Counted from the whole stretch's first letter, positions 38,218 to 49,903 are shown. The stretch: 63,413 bases of DNA, filler included, from Octopus bimaculoides (GCF_001194135.2; 6 parts of 6 records of this genome joined end to end with filler, not necessarily neighbours in it); one strand, 5' to 3'. Program-made: numbers and translations. The notes: generated by a model from the letters alone, not told the origin.

Positions 38218-38379
38218 GTTATTTAAGTATGTATATAAGTCTATGAATGTATGTATGCATGTATCTATATATGCATTTATGCATGTATGTATGTATGCGT
38301 GCATGCATGTATGTATCTGTGTATGTCTGTGTACATGTATGTATGCATGTGTGTATGCATGTATGTGTGCATGTATTAT

Positions 38380-38481
<102 letters not shown>

Positions 38482-38775
38482 ATGTGTGTATGTATGTGTG
38501 TATGAATGTATGTATGTCCGTGTTTCTATCTATGTATGTGTGTAATTTATATAAAGGGCATTAACTGTGTAGTAATGCCTCACGCTTCGAGGGACTAAAT
38601 AAGTCAAAAACTACCAAAAAATGACCAACATATTTACCGAAAGTGAGGGAATGCAGCTTTCAAAATTAATCTCTTNNNNNNNNNNNNNNNNNNNNNNNNN
38701 NNNNNNNNNNNNNNNNNNNNNNNNNNNNNNNNNNNNNNNNNNNNNNNNNNNNNNNNNNNNNNNNNNNNNNNNNNN

Positions 38776-39410
38776 CACACTAACAAATTGTCCCATCCGT
38801 GACACAGATTTATGCCAACGAGTAATTGTTGTATATACAATACAATGTAACAAATGCAACAAGTTCTATGTGGGTAGCGCAACAAGACCGTTACACGTCC
38901 ACATCAAAGAACATCTGAACACGAGAGCCTCCTCCTTCGGAAAACATCTTGACAGATGCTGGAACACCGACAAAAGCATAACAGTCACAATTGAGGCCAA
39001 TGAAAGAAATTTGGGTAATTTAAGAATTAAGGAAGCTATACCCATACACAGACTAGGACCCAAATTAACAACAGGTTATAGGTTGGTAATCAATATATTA
39101 TTTAGCTACACCTGGATGCATGTAGGATCATTTTTGATATGCTCATTTATTGTTTATAACAAAAGAAAAAAGCGAAGAGGAAAAAAAAGGAAAAACAAGG
39201 AAGCTGCACGTATAATACATAACTTAGAAGCAGCGCTACAGATGTACCAACACACACGAGATTGAGACATAGCCGACCTCACGCATTCGTCATGAGGAAT
39301 TCCGGAAGGAGCTTGGTGAGACCACTGCTGAGACGCTTCCGAAAAAAGCCGTTGGAAAACTCCATATAAGAATATCTGAAGAAGGAATTGTATTTCGAAA
39401 TATCATCGGA
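38776..39410 (+). mobile_element. Penelope-like element 3' part: GIY-YIG endonuclease plus pLTR-like tail
   Basis: VVYTIQCNKCNKFYVGSATRPLHVHIKEHL...LRIKEAIPIHRLGP is a clear GIY-YIG pattern. A hammerhead-like core lies ~300 nt downstream. Confidence 0.8.
39376..39406 (+). ncRNA. minimal hammerhead-like motif in the PLE tail, degenerate
   Basis: CUGAAGA A GGAA-UUGUA-UUUC GAAA UA UC AU. The core, a weak stem II and a palindromic AUAU stem III are present, but stem I has only 2 bp. Confidence 0.4.
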
Positions 39411-39579
39411 CTATGAATAATAACTAAATTACAACAGGTATTTAGTCCATTTTTTTGTATCATAGTGCATTGTTGTACCATTCAAAACTTTTTAATTCAT
39501 TACAAACAATACACAATGCTTCAAGCGAACTGCAATACTCTCCTATATATATGAATATTTATATTTATATGAAGATATT

Positions 39580-39614
<35 letters not shown>

Positions 39615-41424
39615 NNNNNNNNNNNNNNNNNNNNNNNNNNNNNNNNNNNNNNNNNNNNNNNNNNNNNNNNNNNNNNNNNNNNNNNNNNNNNNNNNNNNNN
39701 NNNNNNNNNNNNNNNNNNNNNNNNNNNNNNNNNNNNNNNNNNNNNNNNNNNNNNNNNNNNNNNNNNNNNNNNNNNNNNNNNNNNNNNNNNNNNNNNNNNN
39801 NNNNNNNNNNNNNNNNNNNNNNNNNNNNNNNNNNNNNNNNNNNNNNNNNNNNNNNNNNNNNNNNNNNNNNNNNNNNNNNNNNNNNNNNNNNNNNNNNNNN
39901 NNNNNNNNNNNNNNNNNNNNNNNNNNNNNNNNNNNNNNNNNNNNNNNNNNNNNNNNNNNNNNNNNNNNNNNNNNNNNNNNNNNNNNNNNNNNNNNNNNNN
40001 NNNNNNNNNNNNNNNNNNNNNNNNNNNNNNNNNNNNNNNNNNNNNNNNNNNNNNNNNNNNNNNNNNNNNNNNNNNNNNNNNNNNNNNNNNNNNNNNNNNN
40101 NNNNNNNNNNNNNNNNNNNNNNNNNNNNNNNNNNNNNNNNNNNNNNNNNNNNNNNNNNNNNNNNNNNNNNNNNNNNNNNNNNNNNNNNNNNNNNNNNNNN
40201 NNNNNNNNNNNNNNNNNNNNNNNNNNNNNNNNNNNNNNNNNNNNNNNNNNNNNNNNNNNNNNNNNNNNNNNNNNNNNNNNNNNNNNNNNNNNNNNNNNNN
40301 NNNNNNNNNNGTGTGTGTGTGTGTGTGTGTGTGCTTTGATGCAACATATCAGTAAACACCACTCCGGTTCATTACTGTCTCAATAGGTGTTTGAAGATGT
40401 TAACTTCATAGATCACGATTTACCGAAACTACAGCAATAAAAATCTGTACGTTGTGGAATTCGATTGTAAACAAATCAGTGAGAAGAATGCATCCTTAAA
40501 TTGTCAAATAACATAACTAAAAATGTAATTAAGGTATTGAAGATTGTGCAAATAAGAAAATGCATGAAGATTTGCTTCATGGCATATTTGCCAAGTGATT
40601 TTGATAAGAACAAAAGTACGTTCCGCTTTTAATGAAAATTAATGTTAGGTCATTTGCAAATACACCAGTAGCTCGATTAACGAAATTAACGTTCCATATT
40701 ATTATTTTTTTTCTTTTATTTCGTTGTCAGAAATTTCGTTATCGGGGAAACAAGGGAGATAACTTTTAAAATCATTCTTACAAATGATGTCCCTTGCATT
40801 CAATAATTTATAATTCAGTTTTTTTACTTTTTTTTCGTGTTATTTAATTCTATAACGATTGAGTTTTCCAGATGGAGAAAATTTTAATTGCCACTACAAG
40901 TAATTATCTATTTGATTTTACATTATCACGTAAGAGCTAGGTAGGGGAGAAAAGAGAGGAAGCGAACACAATCTTTTGATTGATTGTTGCTGTTGTTGCT
41001 ACAGCTGCTGCTGTTACTGCTACTGCTGCGGCTACTGCTGTTGCTGTTGCTGTTGTTGTTGTTGCGCTGCTGTTGCTGTAATTGCTGGTGTTGCTGCAGC
41101 TGTTTAGCCTAGATTGGACCTCATGAAGCAATTCTATTATCAAAGATGTTCCATCTAGAACTCATCTGTTTTATTTAAGATCATATCACCCAAGACACTC
41201 TTATACATAGTGTAATCAGGGTAATTTGACTGATGATACGTAGGCCTTTCCATCGCACCGGCGGTTCGGCTGCGGCCGTCCGCCGCCGAGTTGAGCACCG
41301 GCTAGGAACGTTTCGCTACCTCAGGCCAATTGCAAATAAATAAGAACAAGTTAGGGCCATGTCTATGCTGGCAGGAGGAATGAAGCTCTAATTTTGCAAG
41401 TTAATAAATATTACTTATGTTTTA

Positions 41425-41589
41425 TTTTTTACTTATTTCAGTCATTAGACTGCGGTCATGCTGGGGTGCTGCCAGGAATAGTTGACCCCAGTACATTTTT
41501 TAAAGCCTGGGTCTCTTTTGCCAAACCGCTTTTACGGGGATGTAAATACACGGCACCGGTTGTCAAGCAGTGGTGGGGGACAAACACGA
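41425..41589 (-). mobile_element. SINE family A, 3' half running into a gap
   Basis: TTAGACTGCGGTCATGCTGG... TTTGCCAAACCGCTTTTACGGGGATGTAAA. Confidence 0.75.
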
Positions 41590-42471
41590 NNNNNNNNNNN
41601 NNNNNNNNNNNNNNNNNNNNNNNNNNNNNNNNNNNNNNNNNNNNNNNNNNNNNNNNNNNNNNNNNNNNNNNNNNNNNNNNNNNNNNNNNNNNNNNNNNNN
41701 NNNNNNNNNNNNNNNNNNNNNNNNNNNNNNNNNNNNNNNNNNNNNNNNNNNNNNNNNNNNNNNNNNNNNNNNNNNNNNNNNNNNNNNNNNNNNNNNNNNN
41801 NNNNNNNNNNNNNNNNNNNNNNNNNNNNNNNNNNNNNNNNNNNNNNNNNNNNNNNNNNNNNNNNNNNNNNNNNNNNNNNNNNNNNNNNNNNNNNNNNNNN
41901 NNNNNNNNNNNNNNNNNNNNNNNNNNNNNNNNNNNNNNNNNNNNNNNNNNNNNNNNNNNNNNNNNNNNNNNNNNNNNNNNNNNNNNNNNNNNNNNNNNNN
42001 NNNNNNNNNNNNNNNNNNNNNNNNNNNNNNNNNNNNNNNNNNNNNNNNNNNNNNNNNNNNNNNNNNNNNNNNNNNNNNNNNNNNNNNNNNNNNNNNNNNN
42101 NNNNNNNNNNNNNNNNNNNNNNNNNNNNNNNNNNNNNNNNNNNNNNNNNNNNNNNNNNNNNNNNNNNNNNNNNNNNNNNNNNNNNNNNNNNNNNNNNNNN
42201 NNNNNNNNNNNNNNNNNNNNNNNNNNNNNNNNNNNNNNNNNNNNNNNNNNNNNNNNNNNNNNNNNNNNNNNNNNNNNNNNNNNNNNNNNNNNNNNNNNNN
42301 NNNNNNNNNNNNNNNNNNNNNNNNNNNNNNNNNNNNNNNNNNNNNNNNNNNNNNNNNNNNNNNNNNNNNNNNNNNNNNNNNNNNNNNNNNNNNNNNNNNN
42401 NNNNNNNNNNNNNNNNNNNNNNNNNNNNNNNNNNNNNNNNNNNNNNNNNNNNNNNNNNNNNNNNNNNNNNN

Positions 42472-42509
<38 letters not shown>

Positions 42510-42588
42510 TCGAATATGCAAATAAAGCTCCTATTCAATTATGCCGACCACATTCCAATGATTCTGAGCTGTACCAATATAATGTAGG

Positions 42589-42648
<60 letters not shown>

Positions 42649-42649
<1 letters not shown>

Positions 42650-43447
42650 GGTGCACCACATATGCGATATAGTTTATGTTGCATACCCCTTTGACCTACG
42701 AATAGTCAAGAAGGAAGGCGAACAACCCTCCTAAGTACGGCTATGGAAAATGAAAAAGGGGAAGAGAGTGCCAATTATTGTTGGGTCCTTGGGAACAGTA
42801 TCAGAAGGCATCAAGTGGAATATAAAGTAAATTGGAATAGAGTACTTCCTTGATACGGCCAGAATAATCAGGAAAGTATTAGATAGCTGAAAAGAACGGA
42901 TAGCGTGGTACCGTAGGGTGCAGGTTGCAAACACGCTATGCATGCAAGACTCCAGGAGCTACTACAAAATCTGTGATAAAGAGAAATAGTAAGAGTGGAT
43001 GAAACCATTATCCATATCATGATCGAATACCCTAGGCTTGCCCAAAACCACTACAAGTTGTGGTGACACAATCACATAGCGAAAGTGCTACATTGGAAAT
43101 TGTGAAAAATGGGGGCTAGAGAGAGACAAGATGTGGTATAAGCACAAACCTCATAGAGTGGCAGAGTCTGAATTTCCTAATCCAAACAGATCAGGTGGTA
43201 GAGCATAATCGACCGAACCTAGTGGTGAACGACAAGATACACCATATGTGCTATATAGTTAATGTTGCATGCCCCTTTGACCGACAATTAGTCAAGAAAG
43301 GTGAAAAAATAGATAAATACAACCCGTTTAAGTACGAAATAGCCAGGCTATGGAAAATGAAGAAGGTGAAGATAGTGCCAATCATTGATGGTTCCCTGGA
43401 GACAATATCAGAAGGCATCAAGAGGAATATCAAGGAAATTGGAATGA
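42649..43447 (+). mobile_element. R4/Dong-like 3' fragments, partially duplicated in tandem
   Basis: ETIIHIMIEYPRLAQNHYKLW*HNHIAKVLHWKL, then IQTDQVVEHNRPNLVV..CYIVNVACPFD..KYEIARLWKMKKVKIVPII. A deleted copy of the same terminus with ARIIRKVL lies at 42649-42950, right after (AAT)n at 42588-42648. Confidence 0.85.
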
Positions 43448-44600
43448 GTGCCCAACAGTACCAGATGGAACTCTACCTATGACTCTGTTGTTGTCCTCAA
43501 CAACCTGCTGGAGAAGAATAGGGGAGCTGTCCACAGAGTGATGACACCGCTGAAGCTACAGATCTTCACTGATTCTTATGCTGGATTTCTGATGGAGTAT
43601 GCCCAGGTGATTTCTAATGTTGCCAAGGCCTTGGATAAAATCTATAGAGAGGACCAGACTTATCTCGGGAGCCGAGAGAGGACCAGACTTATCTCTGGAG
43701 CCGAGAGAGGACCAGACTTATCTCGGGAGCCGAGAGAGGACCAGACTTATCTCGGCTACCATCACGAAGCTGAAGGAGGCTAAGTTCAAATATCTCCTGT
43801 ACTGCAGTCCTTAGGTTGTAGGCATCACGAAAAGGTTTGAGCTCCTCGTAGAAGACCTGGAGTATCAGCTGGATGCTACCTTCCACGTCAGGTTTTGCAT
43901 GCTCTGACTGGAGCAATATAATAACAGCCATGTTAGCAGAGTAACGAACGCCATGGAGACCGTCGTAGAGACATCCCTAATAGAGACTAATGAGGAGGGC
44001 AGCAGCACCACTAGCAATGAAGATGAGGAAGATGATTTCTTCAGCAACATCACTCTGTTCCAGGAGAGCAGAAGTCACAGGTCACTGAATCCAAGGCGCA
44101 GAACTTAGTGAAGACCTGGCTGAAGTCGCCTCTTTGGGATGAGCAGGTCTTGATCAACCTGTTCACCAAGTTTAACACCGCCATCACATCCAGTGCTGCA
44201 GTTGAACGCCTATTCTCTATAGGCAAAAATATTCTGAGGGTCAAGAGAGCCACTCTGTCGGTAACTTTGAGAGGCTGATGTTTATGAAAGCAACCAGCAT
44301 CACATCGAGGCGATGGAGAAAGCTCAGCCAGAGTAGTACACCTTGATCATCATCTGATACTGGCATGCTATATTTTCTCGTAAAGATCTATGTCTAAGCT
44401 ACATGAAAATCTCAGCTCTCTAGGTCTGTTTTTAGGAGTTTTAGTGCCAAAAAACCAAACTGAAACAAAATTCATATTAGTAGTTATCATTTAGCGTTAG
44501 CTTCCGCTAATTTTTTTTATACCTGTTTAGCGGTTTAACGTCTGCGAAGCTGACTTTTTAATTAGCAGATTAACATTTTGGTTAGCTGTGCCCAGCACTG
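43448..44600 (+). mobile_element. hAT DNA transposon 3' half (transposase remnant plus right TIR)
   Basis: PNSTRWNSTYDS...EYAQV..VAKALD..YLG, and dimerisation-domain-like LFTKFNTAITSSAAVERLFSIGKNILRVKRATLS..FERLMFMK. It ends TGCCCAGCACTG at 44600. Confidence 0.85.
43647..43755 (+). repeat. 29-bp tandem repeat, ~3.7 copies, inside the hAT transposase
   Basis: GAGAGGACCAGACTTATCTC(G/T)GGAGCCGA starts at 43647, 43676, 43705 and 43734. Confidence 0.95.
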
Positions 44601-44709
44601 CTTCTAGGCATAGGTTGCATACCTGCGATGTTCCGTTATCTGGTGCAATATTTTTTATAATGGATCAGTGGTTCGTATGTTCCACTCCATTCTGCTTGAG
44701 CCTCCAGAC
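44601..44709 (-). mobile_element. inverted copy of the PLE GIY-YIG C-terminal segment (46241-46349)
   Basis: Ungapped 109-nt reverse-complement match with 13 mismatches counted by eye. Confidence 0.9.
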
Positions 44710-46460
44710 GCGGTTCGATATAGAAGGGCCCAAAGAAACGCAGCTAACGCCAAAGGAAACTAAATGAACTGCTCAAGACCTTCAGGAATGCAACTGGAAT
44801 ATTGGTACCTGCGAACAAAACCGGTAATCTCTATGATGTTGATATCAACACAGACACTGAACTTATTAATTAAGCAATTACATTACAAACACAAACACAT
44901 ACCACGCAACACACTAGATAAAATAAATGAGAAGGGACTCGAAATAGTGAAAAAAATTAGGTATACAAGATAGGACCAGACCTTACATACCTATGACATC
45001 TAGAATAAGCATAAAAGATCATAAGGAAGACTTCCAGGATAACCCAACAGGAAGACTTCCAGGATAACCCAACAGTAAGACTTATATGCCCATCTAAATC
45101 AGATATAGGTAAAATTAGCAAAGCAATAATAGATAGGAGAATACACAAATTGAAACGTGTAACCAACCTCAAATTGTGGTCTAACACCAATGAAGTCATC
45201 ACATGGTTTAAACACCTGGGGAACAAAAACAAAAAACCTGGGGAACAAAAACAAAAAACCTGGGGAACAAAAACAAGACCAAATTTGTGCAGCTAGACAT
45301 ATCGAACTACTACTAGTCCATAAAGCCAGTTCTACTAAACAAATCACTAATATTCGCAAAGACGAAGTCCGACCTACCTAGGGAAGAAATCGATATGATT
45401 TTAGCTGTTAGAAGCACTGTAATAGAATACGGAAGTAAACTATGGACTCGATCAGACAAGGTTGACTCATTCGATATAACAATGGGGTCTAGCCATTCCG
45501 CGCAAGTCACGGATATAATAAGAATATACCTATTATCGGAAATAGAATATTGGCTACCGAATATGGGGGAGGATTATATACAGACGATGCATTGTTCATT
45601 ATACAAAATAGCAGCTACGTAGAAATAGAAAAATGCAAGAAAAAACTCTTTGAATTCTGTAAGAACTTTGGATTGGAAATTGAAATAGAAAAAATCACAA
45701 AGTGGTAAAATTCCTAGACGTAAAGCTTAGCCTCATTGATGGTAAATTTGAACCATTCCATAGGCCGAATGAGAACTTAAAATATGTGAACCGAGGATCC
45801 AATCACCCGTAACATATATTACATTGCATCCCAAGAAGCGTGAATAATAGAATATCCAGACTATCCAAAGATAAACAGATATTTGATATGCACGCCGAAT
45901 ATTACAACTCAGCATTGGCTAGTACGGGATATGAGGATAAAATAGTAAAATCGGACCCAACAACATTACACAATTAAAGGAGCAATCCATGCATAAGGAA
46001 AATGTGTGCACGAGTCCACGGAAAGGAGGGAAAAACGTAATGTGTATATTTGCAGAGGAATGCAGATTTAACAACAACTGCATGATAAAGAATGTAGTGT
46101 ACAAATGTGAGGTGAAGACATCTACGCAGAAATACGTGTACACTGATGGCACCGGAGACACCCTGAAAAATCGTCTGCGGAACCATCTCTCATCATTTTC
46201 CAGTATAAATAAAAGACATTCCACATCTCTATTGAACATGGTCTGGAGGCTCAAACAGAATAGCGTGGAGCATACGAACCACTGGTCCATTATAAAAAAG
46301 ATTGCACCATATGACAGAACATCACGGGTATGCTAGCTATGCCTAGAAGAAACCCTGGAAATCATCACATCCAGAGAAAACCCGATAAATAGGCCCTCTG
46401 AGGTGATCATATCATCTAAACATAAGAACAAAACATCATTTCTGGAATTTGAAAAAAACT
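44710..46460 (+). mobile_element. Penelope-like retroelement (RT + GIY-YIG), 5'-truncated pseudogene
   Basis: IKDHKEDFQDNPTVRLICPSKSDIGKISK, TMGSSHSAQV, GLYTDDAL (RT catalytic), KFLDVKLSL..YVNRGSNHP, then KNVVYKC..YTDGTGDTLKNRLRNH..C*LCLEE..INRPSEVIISSKHKNK. Many stops and frameshifts. Confidence 0.9.
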
Positions 46461-47224
46461 TTTTAAAACGAAATAACTGCGTGATCTTTTTCAAGTTCTG
46501 CCAAAAGGAGCTTGTCTTCAATTTCAATTGGACGTCCGGTTTGGGCCTCATGTTCATGGCTGAAATCTCCACTTTTGAATTTTACAAACTATCTTTTGCA
46601 AGTTCTTTCACTTTATGAGTTTAAAACAGCGAAGGAACCCAAACAAATAAACAAACGAGCAAATATTTGAGATGCTATACATATTACCACCAGAAACAAT
46701 GAAAAGCTCAGCATAAGAAAGTATCATTTATCAATTCACAAACAACAACTGATAAATATAGCAGCAGTACCTGATGACCTGTTAAGTTCAGAATTTATTG
46801 AAGATAGTCATGCCTTAAATAAAATCAAACAAAAGGATGTACTACCCATCCTTAACATCTGTTGAATGAATAGAAAGAAATCCAACGCCACCGCACATTC
46901 TTCCATCCCCATATAACTACCATTCCTTCTATTTCCGTCACCTTCCCCTCCTTCGCACTAAATACACACAGAAATACCCACATAATTCGCTTATCCTCGT
47001 ACTGGTATAAAGGAATAAGCATCCCTCTGATGTACATCCATTAATGTTTTATCGCCTGAAGAAATGAATCAATGAAGATGATCAACCCAATGTCCACGGA
47101 TACGACAGACTATAGTGTAATCCTCCCAGGAATACGGACTGAGGTCTTAAGAGTCATGTGATTAGTGGAAACGCAAATAGCGATGCATTAAATGTTTATA
47201 AATCCCATCCAGGGATTATTGTTG

Positions 47225-47370
47225 TTGGCGGAATCATTAGGACGAAATGCATAGCGGTATTTCGCCCGTCGCTACGTTCTGAGTTCAAATTCCGCCGAGG
47301 TAGACTTTGCTTTTCATCCTTTCGGAGTCGATAAATTAAGTACCAGTTGCGTACTGGAGTCGATCTAATC
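47225..47370 (+). mobile_element. SINE family B (truncated)
   Basis: GAGTTCAAATTCCGCCGAGGTAGACTTTGCTTTTCATCCTTTCGGAGTCGATAAATTAAGTACCAG. Confidence 0.8.
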
Positions 47371-47389
47371 ACACACACACAGACACGCG

Positions 47390-47421
<32 letters not shown>

Positions 47422-47521
47422 NNNNNNNNNNNNNNNNNNNNNNNNNNNNNNNNNNNNNNNNNNNNTTAATTAATTAANNNNNNNNNNNNNNNNNNNNNNN
47501 NNNNNNNNNNNNNNNNNNNNN
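47422..47521. other. artificial 100-bp scaffold spacer
   Basis: 44 N + TTAATTAATTAA (47466-47477) + 44 N. Confidence 0.97.
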
Positions 47522-47544
47522 CATTCTCCGAACTTTCCATCTTT

Positions 47545-47571
47545 CCGACGAAGGGCTACGCCCGAAACGTC
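47545..47571 (+). ncRNA. minimal hammerhead-like motif with a core substitution
   Basis: CCGACGA A GGGC-UAC-GCCC GAAA CG UC. U4 is replaced by C, stem III is palindromic ACGU, and there is no clear stem I. Confidence 0.35.
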
Positions 47572-47859
47572 ATACACTCTCTCTTTCCTTTCCTGAGCGT
47601 CCAATAATACTATCCATATCACGTCCTCACTTTGTTGTTTTTTTGTTTCTTTGTTATTGTGTTTTTGAACTATATATATATATATATATATATATCTATA
47701 TATATCATGTTGTTTATGTTCTGTGACATCCTGTGACCACATATGCATATGTATATACATATATATGTAAGTATTTTCATATATGTATGTATATATGCAT
47801 ATTTATATTATTTATATTATTATATATATATATATATATATCATCATCGTCATAACCAT

Positions 47860-48000
47860 CATTTAATGTCTGTTTTCCATGCTAGCATGGAATGGATTGT
47901 TTGAAAGGAGTTGGCAAAGCCAGGGGCCAAACTCGATCCAATGTTTTGGTTTGGCCTGGTTTGTACAGCTGGATGCCCTTCCTAATGCCAATCACTTGTT
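47860..48000 (-). mobile_element. SINE family C 3' part, just downstream of the gene's stop codon
   Basis: TTTAATGTCTGTTTTCCATGCTAGCATGG...CAGCTGGATGCCCTTCCTAATGCCAA is the reverse complement of the family C tail and body. Confidence 0.7.
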
Positions 48001-48083
48001 GATTTTGTTTCGGTGGTTTAGAAATTCTAATGATGGTGATAATAATAAATGTCAATTTTAATTTGTTTTGTCTGAGAGTTTGA

Positions 48084-49417
48084 TTAAAATATTTCAGTTT
48101 CGAGTGCTTGTCGTTCATTTTGTCGCTGCTGTTGTGTATGTGGTACTGGCTGACTCGGTTGAGCAACATTGTCTCGACTCCGGGTAACAGGTCTCGGTGC
48201 TGGAGTGGGTTTGTACTGTCTATGATGGGGTTGTGTTATTGAGTCTAAGTTCTCCTGGCTTCCTCGCATCGGCTGACGTCGATAGGGATCAGTAGCATTA
48301 GGGTTGTATAAAACACCACTATAATCATTGTAATTCCTAGGAATGGGTTCATGGCTAAAAGGTTCAGGACTATTTATACGGTCCCTGCTGCCCCTTTCAT
48401 AAGTGTTACGCTGGAGATAAGCAACACCAGGGTTCAATGTTTGGAATGTTTCTGGAATCCTTTCTGGGACATTTCTGAAAGGATAACCGTATCGATCATC
48501 TGCAAGATTTTCACGACTTCCAGAGTTTGAAGTTCTTCCTTCATTGGGGACTATATCTATTGTTCTTGGCACTATTCCAGGTCTTCGTGGGGAGACACTG
48601 CGAACGTGGGGACTGGGCCTGGCTGTTCCATCCAAGGATTCTTTGCTTCCATCACGTGACCTTTGGTTTATGCTTTTGGAGAAACTTTTGAATTCCTCAG
48701 AAGGTTCATAATTATAGAGTGGTGGTGGCGGTGAAGGTGGTTTCTCTAGAGCAGTCTTCATTTGGTTTATGATAGGTTTCTTGTCAAACTCGTTGCTATA
48801 CAAAGAATGTTCACTTGGTGGACTGTTTTGCCTGTTCTGACCCAAGTTAGCATAAATGTCCCACTCTTTGGGTTGTAAGTGCTGCTGGTTCACTTGCTCT
48901 TCTCTCTCTCTCCACACCTGATTCATGACATTTGTATTATAACGAACAGGTGGAGGCTGGTCCTTATCTACATTGTCTACACTAAGATAGCTTTCATCAT
49001 CCGTAAAACTAATATTGTTGCTGTCAGTGTCATCATTGTGATTGTATGGGATTATTGTGGTCCCTGGAGTTTTAATGGGAAATGGAGGCGAGATTTCCGT
49101 CGCCTCTGTATTAAAAGTGTTGAACTTAGACTTATCTAATGAGTTTATACTGATCTGGTCATCCAGTGAGCCCACAAAGCTGATGTTTGTTTGGCTGTTC
49201 TGAATGTTGCTCTTTGACCAGTTAGAGGTCATCTGAGATCGAGATCTGGCCGAAGAGCGTAAGGAGGCACAACGCTGAAGTCGCATGTCTTTGCGTATTT
49301 TAGACTTTTTGAGCCAAAGTACAATCAATATAATGATGATGATGACAAGTACACTGAAGATGCTGGTTGTTAATGCAATGACGAGTGTGTAATCGGTTGT
49401 CTTGGCAACGAAAGGAT
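48084..49417 (-). CDS. terminal coding exon: transmembrane helix plus long cytoplasmic tail of a C-type-lectin-domain receptor
   Basis: Acceptor tttctctcttgtttcag| at 49418, phase 1. It encodes (D)PFVAKTTDYTLVIALTTSIFSVLVIIIIILIVLWL-KKSKIRK (TM plus positive-inside cluster), then the 414-aa ORF to ETEIF* (TAA at 48084-48086). This is the longest ORF in the window that is neither N-gap nor microsatellite. Confidence 0.85.
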
Positions 49418-49511
49418 CTGAAACAAGAGAGAAAGTTCAGTTTTAATATAGAGTTTCATTCCACATTTGATCAGTTCGTTATACAACACAAACTAATTTA
49501 TTTATTTGGAT

Positions 49512-49650
49512 CAGGGGTTCTCAGCCATTTCTTATCTATGTACCCCCTTGGATTACTATTTTATTCCGGTCGACCCCCAAAGCCATTCAATGTTTAAAAA
49601 CTAGTTTTATAGAAACTCCTTTCAAAATTCCTAATTTGTTTTTTCACACC
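49512..49650 (+). mobile_element. hAT-type MITE left end (copy 1)
   Basis: Begins CAGGGGTTCTCAGCC and is near-identical to 49992-50123. Confidence 0.65.
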
Positions 49651-49683
49651 TTAACTTGTGTAGGTTAAACTATGTATATACTT

Positions 49684-49903
49684 GTATTCTTTTCCACTCT
49701 GGGCACAAGGCCTGAAATTTTTAGGGAGGGGGGGACAGTTGATTAGATCGACCCCAGTATGTAACTGGTACTTAATTTATCGACCCCGAAAGGATGTAAA
49801 GCAAAGTCAACCTTGGCGGAATTTGAACTCAGACTGTAAAGACAGATGAAATACCGCTAAGCATTTCACCTGGCGTGCTACCGTTTCTGCCAGCTCACCG
49901 CTT
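49684..49903 (-). mobile_element. SINE family B, full length with 13-bp TSD
   Basis: TSD TATGTATATACTT at 49671-49683 and 49904-49916. Confidence 0.9.

Noticed and set aside
41230-41320. CTGATGA upstream of the GC hairpin as a hammerhead core (also 1496, 20069, 29605 minus, 46791)
   Set aside because: None has a closing stem II followed by GAAA and NUH with a stem I partner.
43647-43755. 29-bp direct repeats resembling a CRISPR array
   Set aside because: The units are head-to-tail with no spacers and lie inside a eukaryotic hAT transposase.
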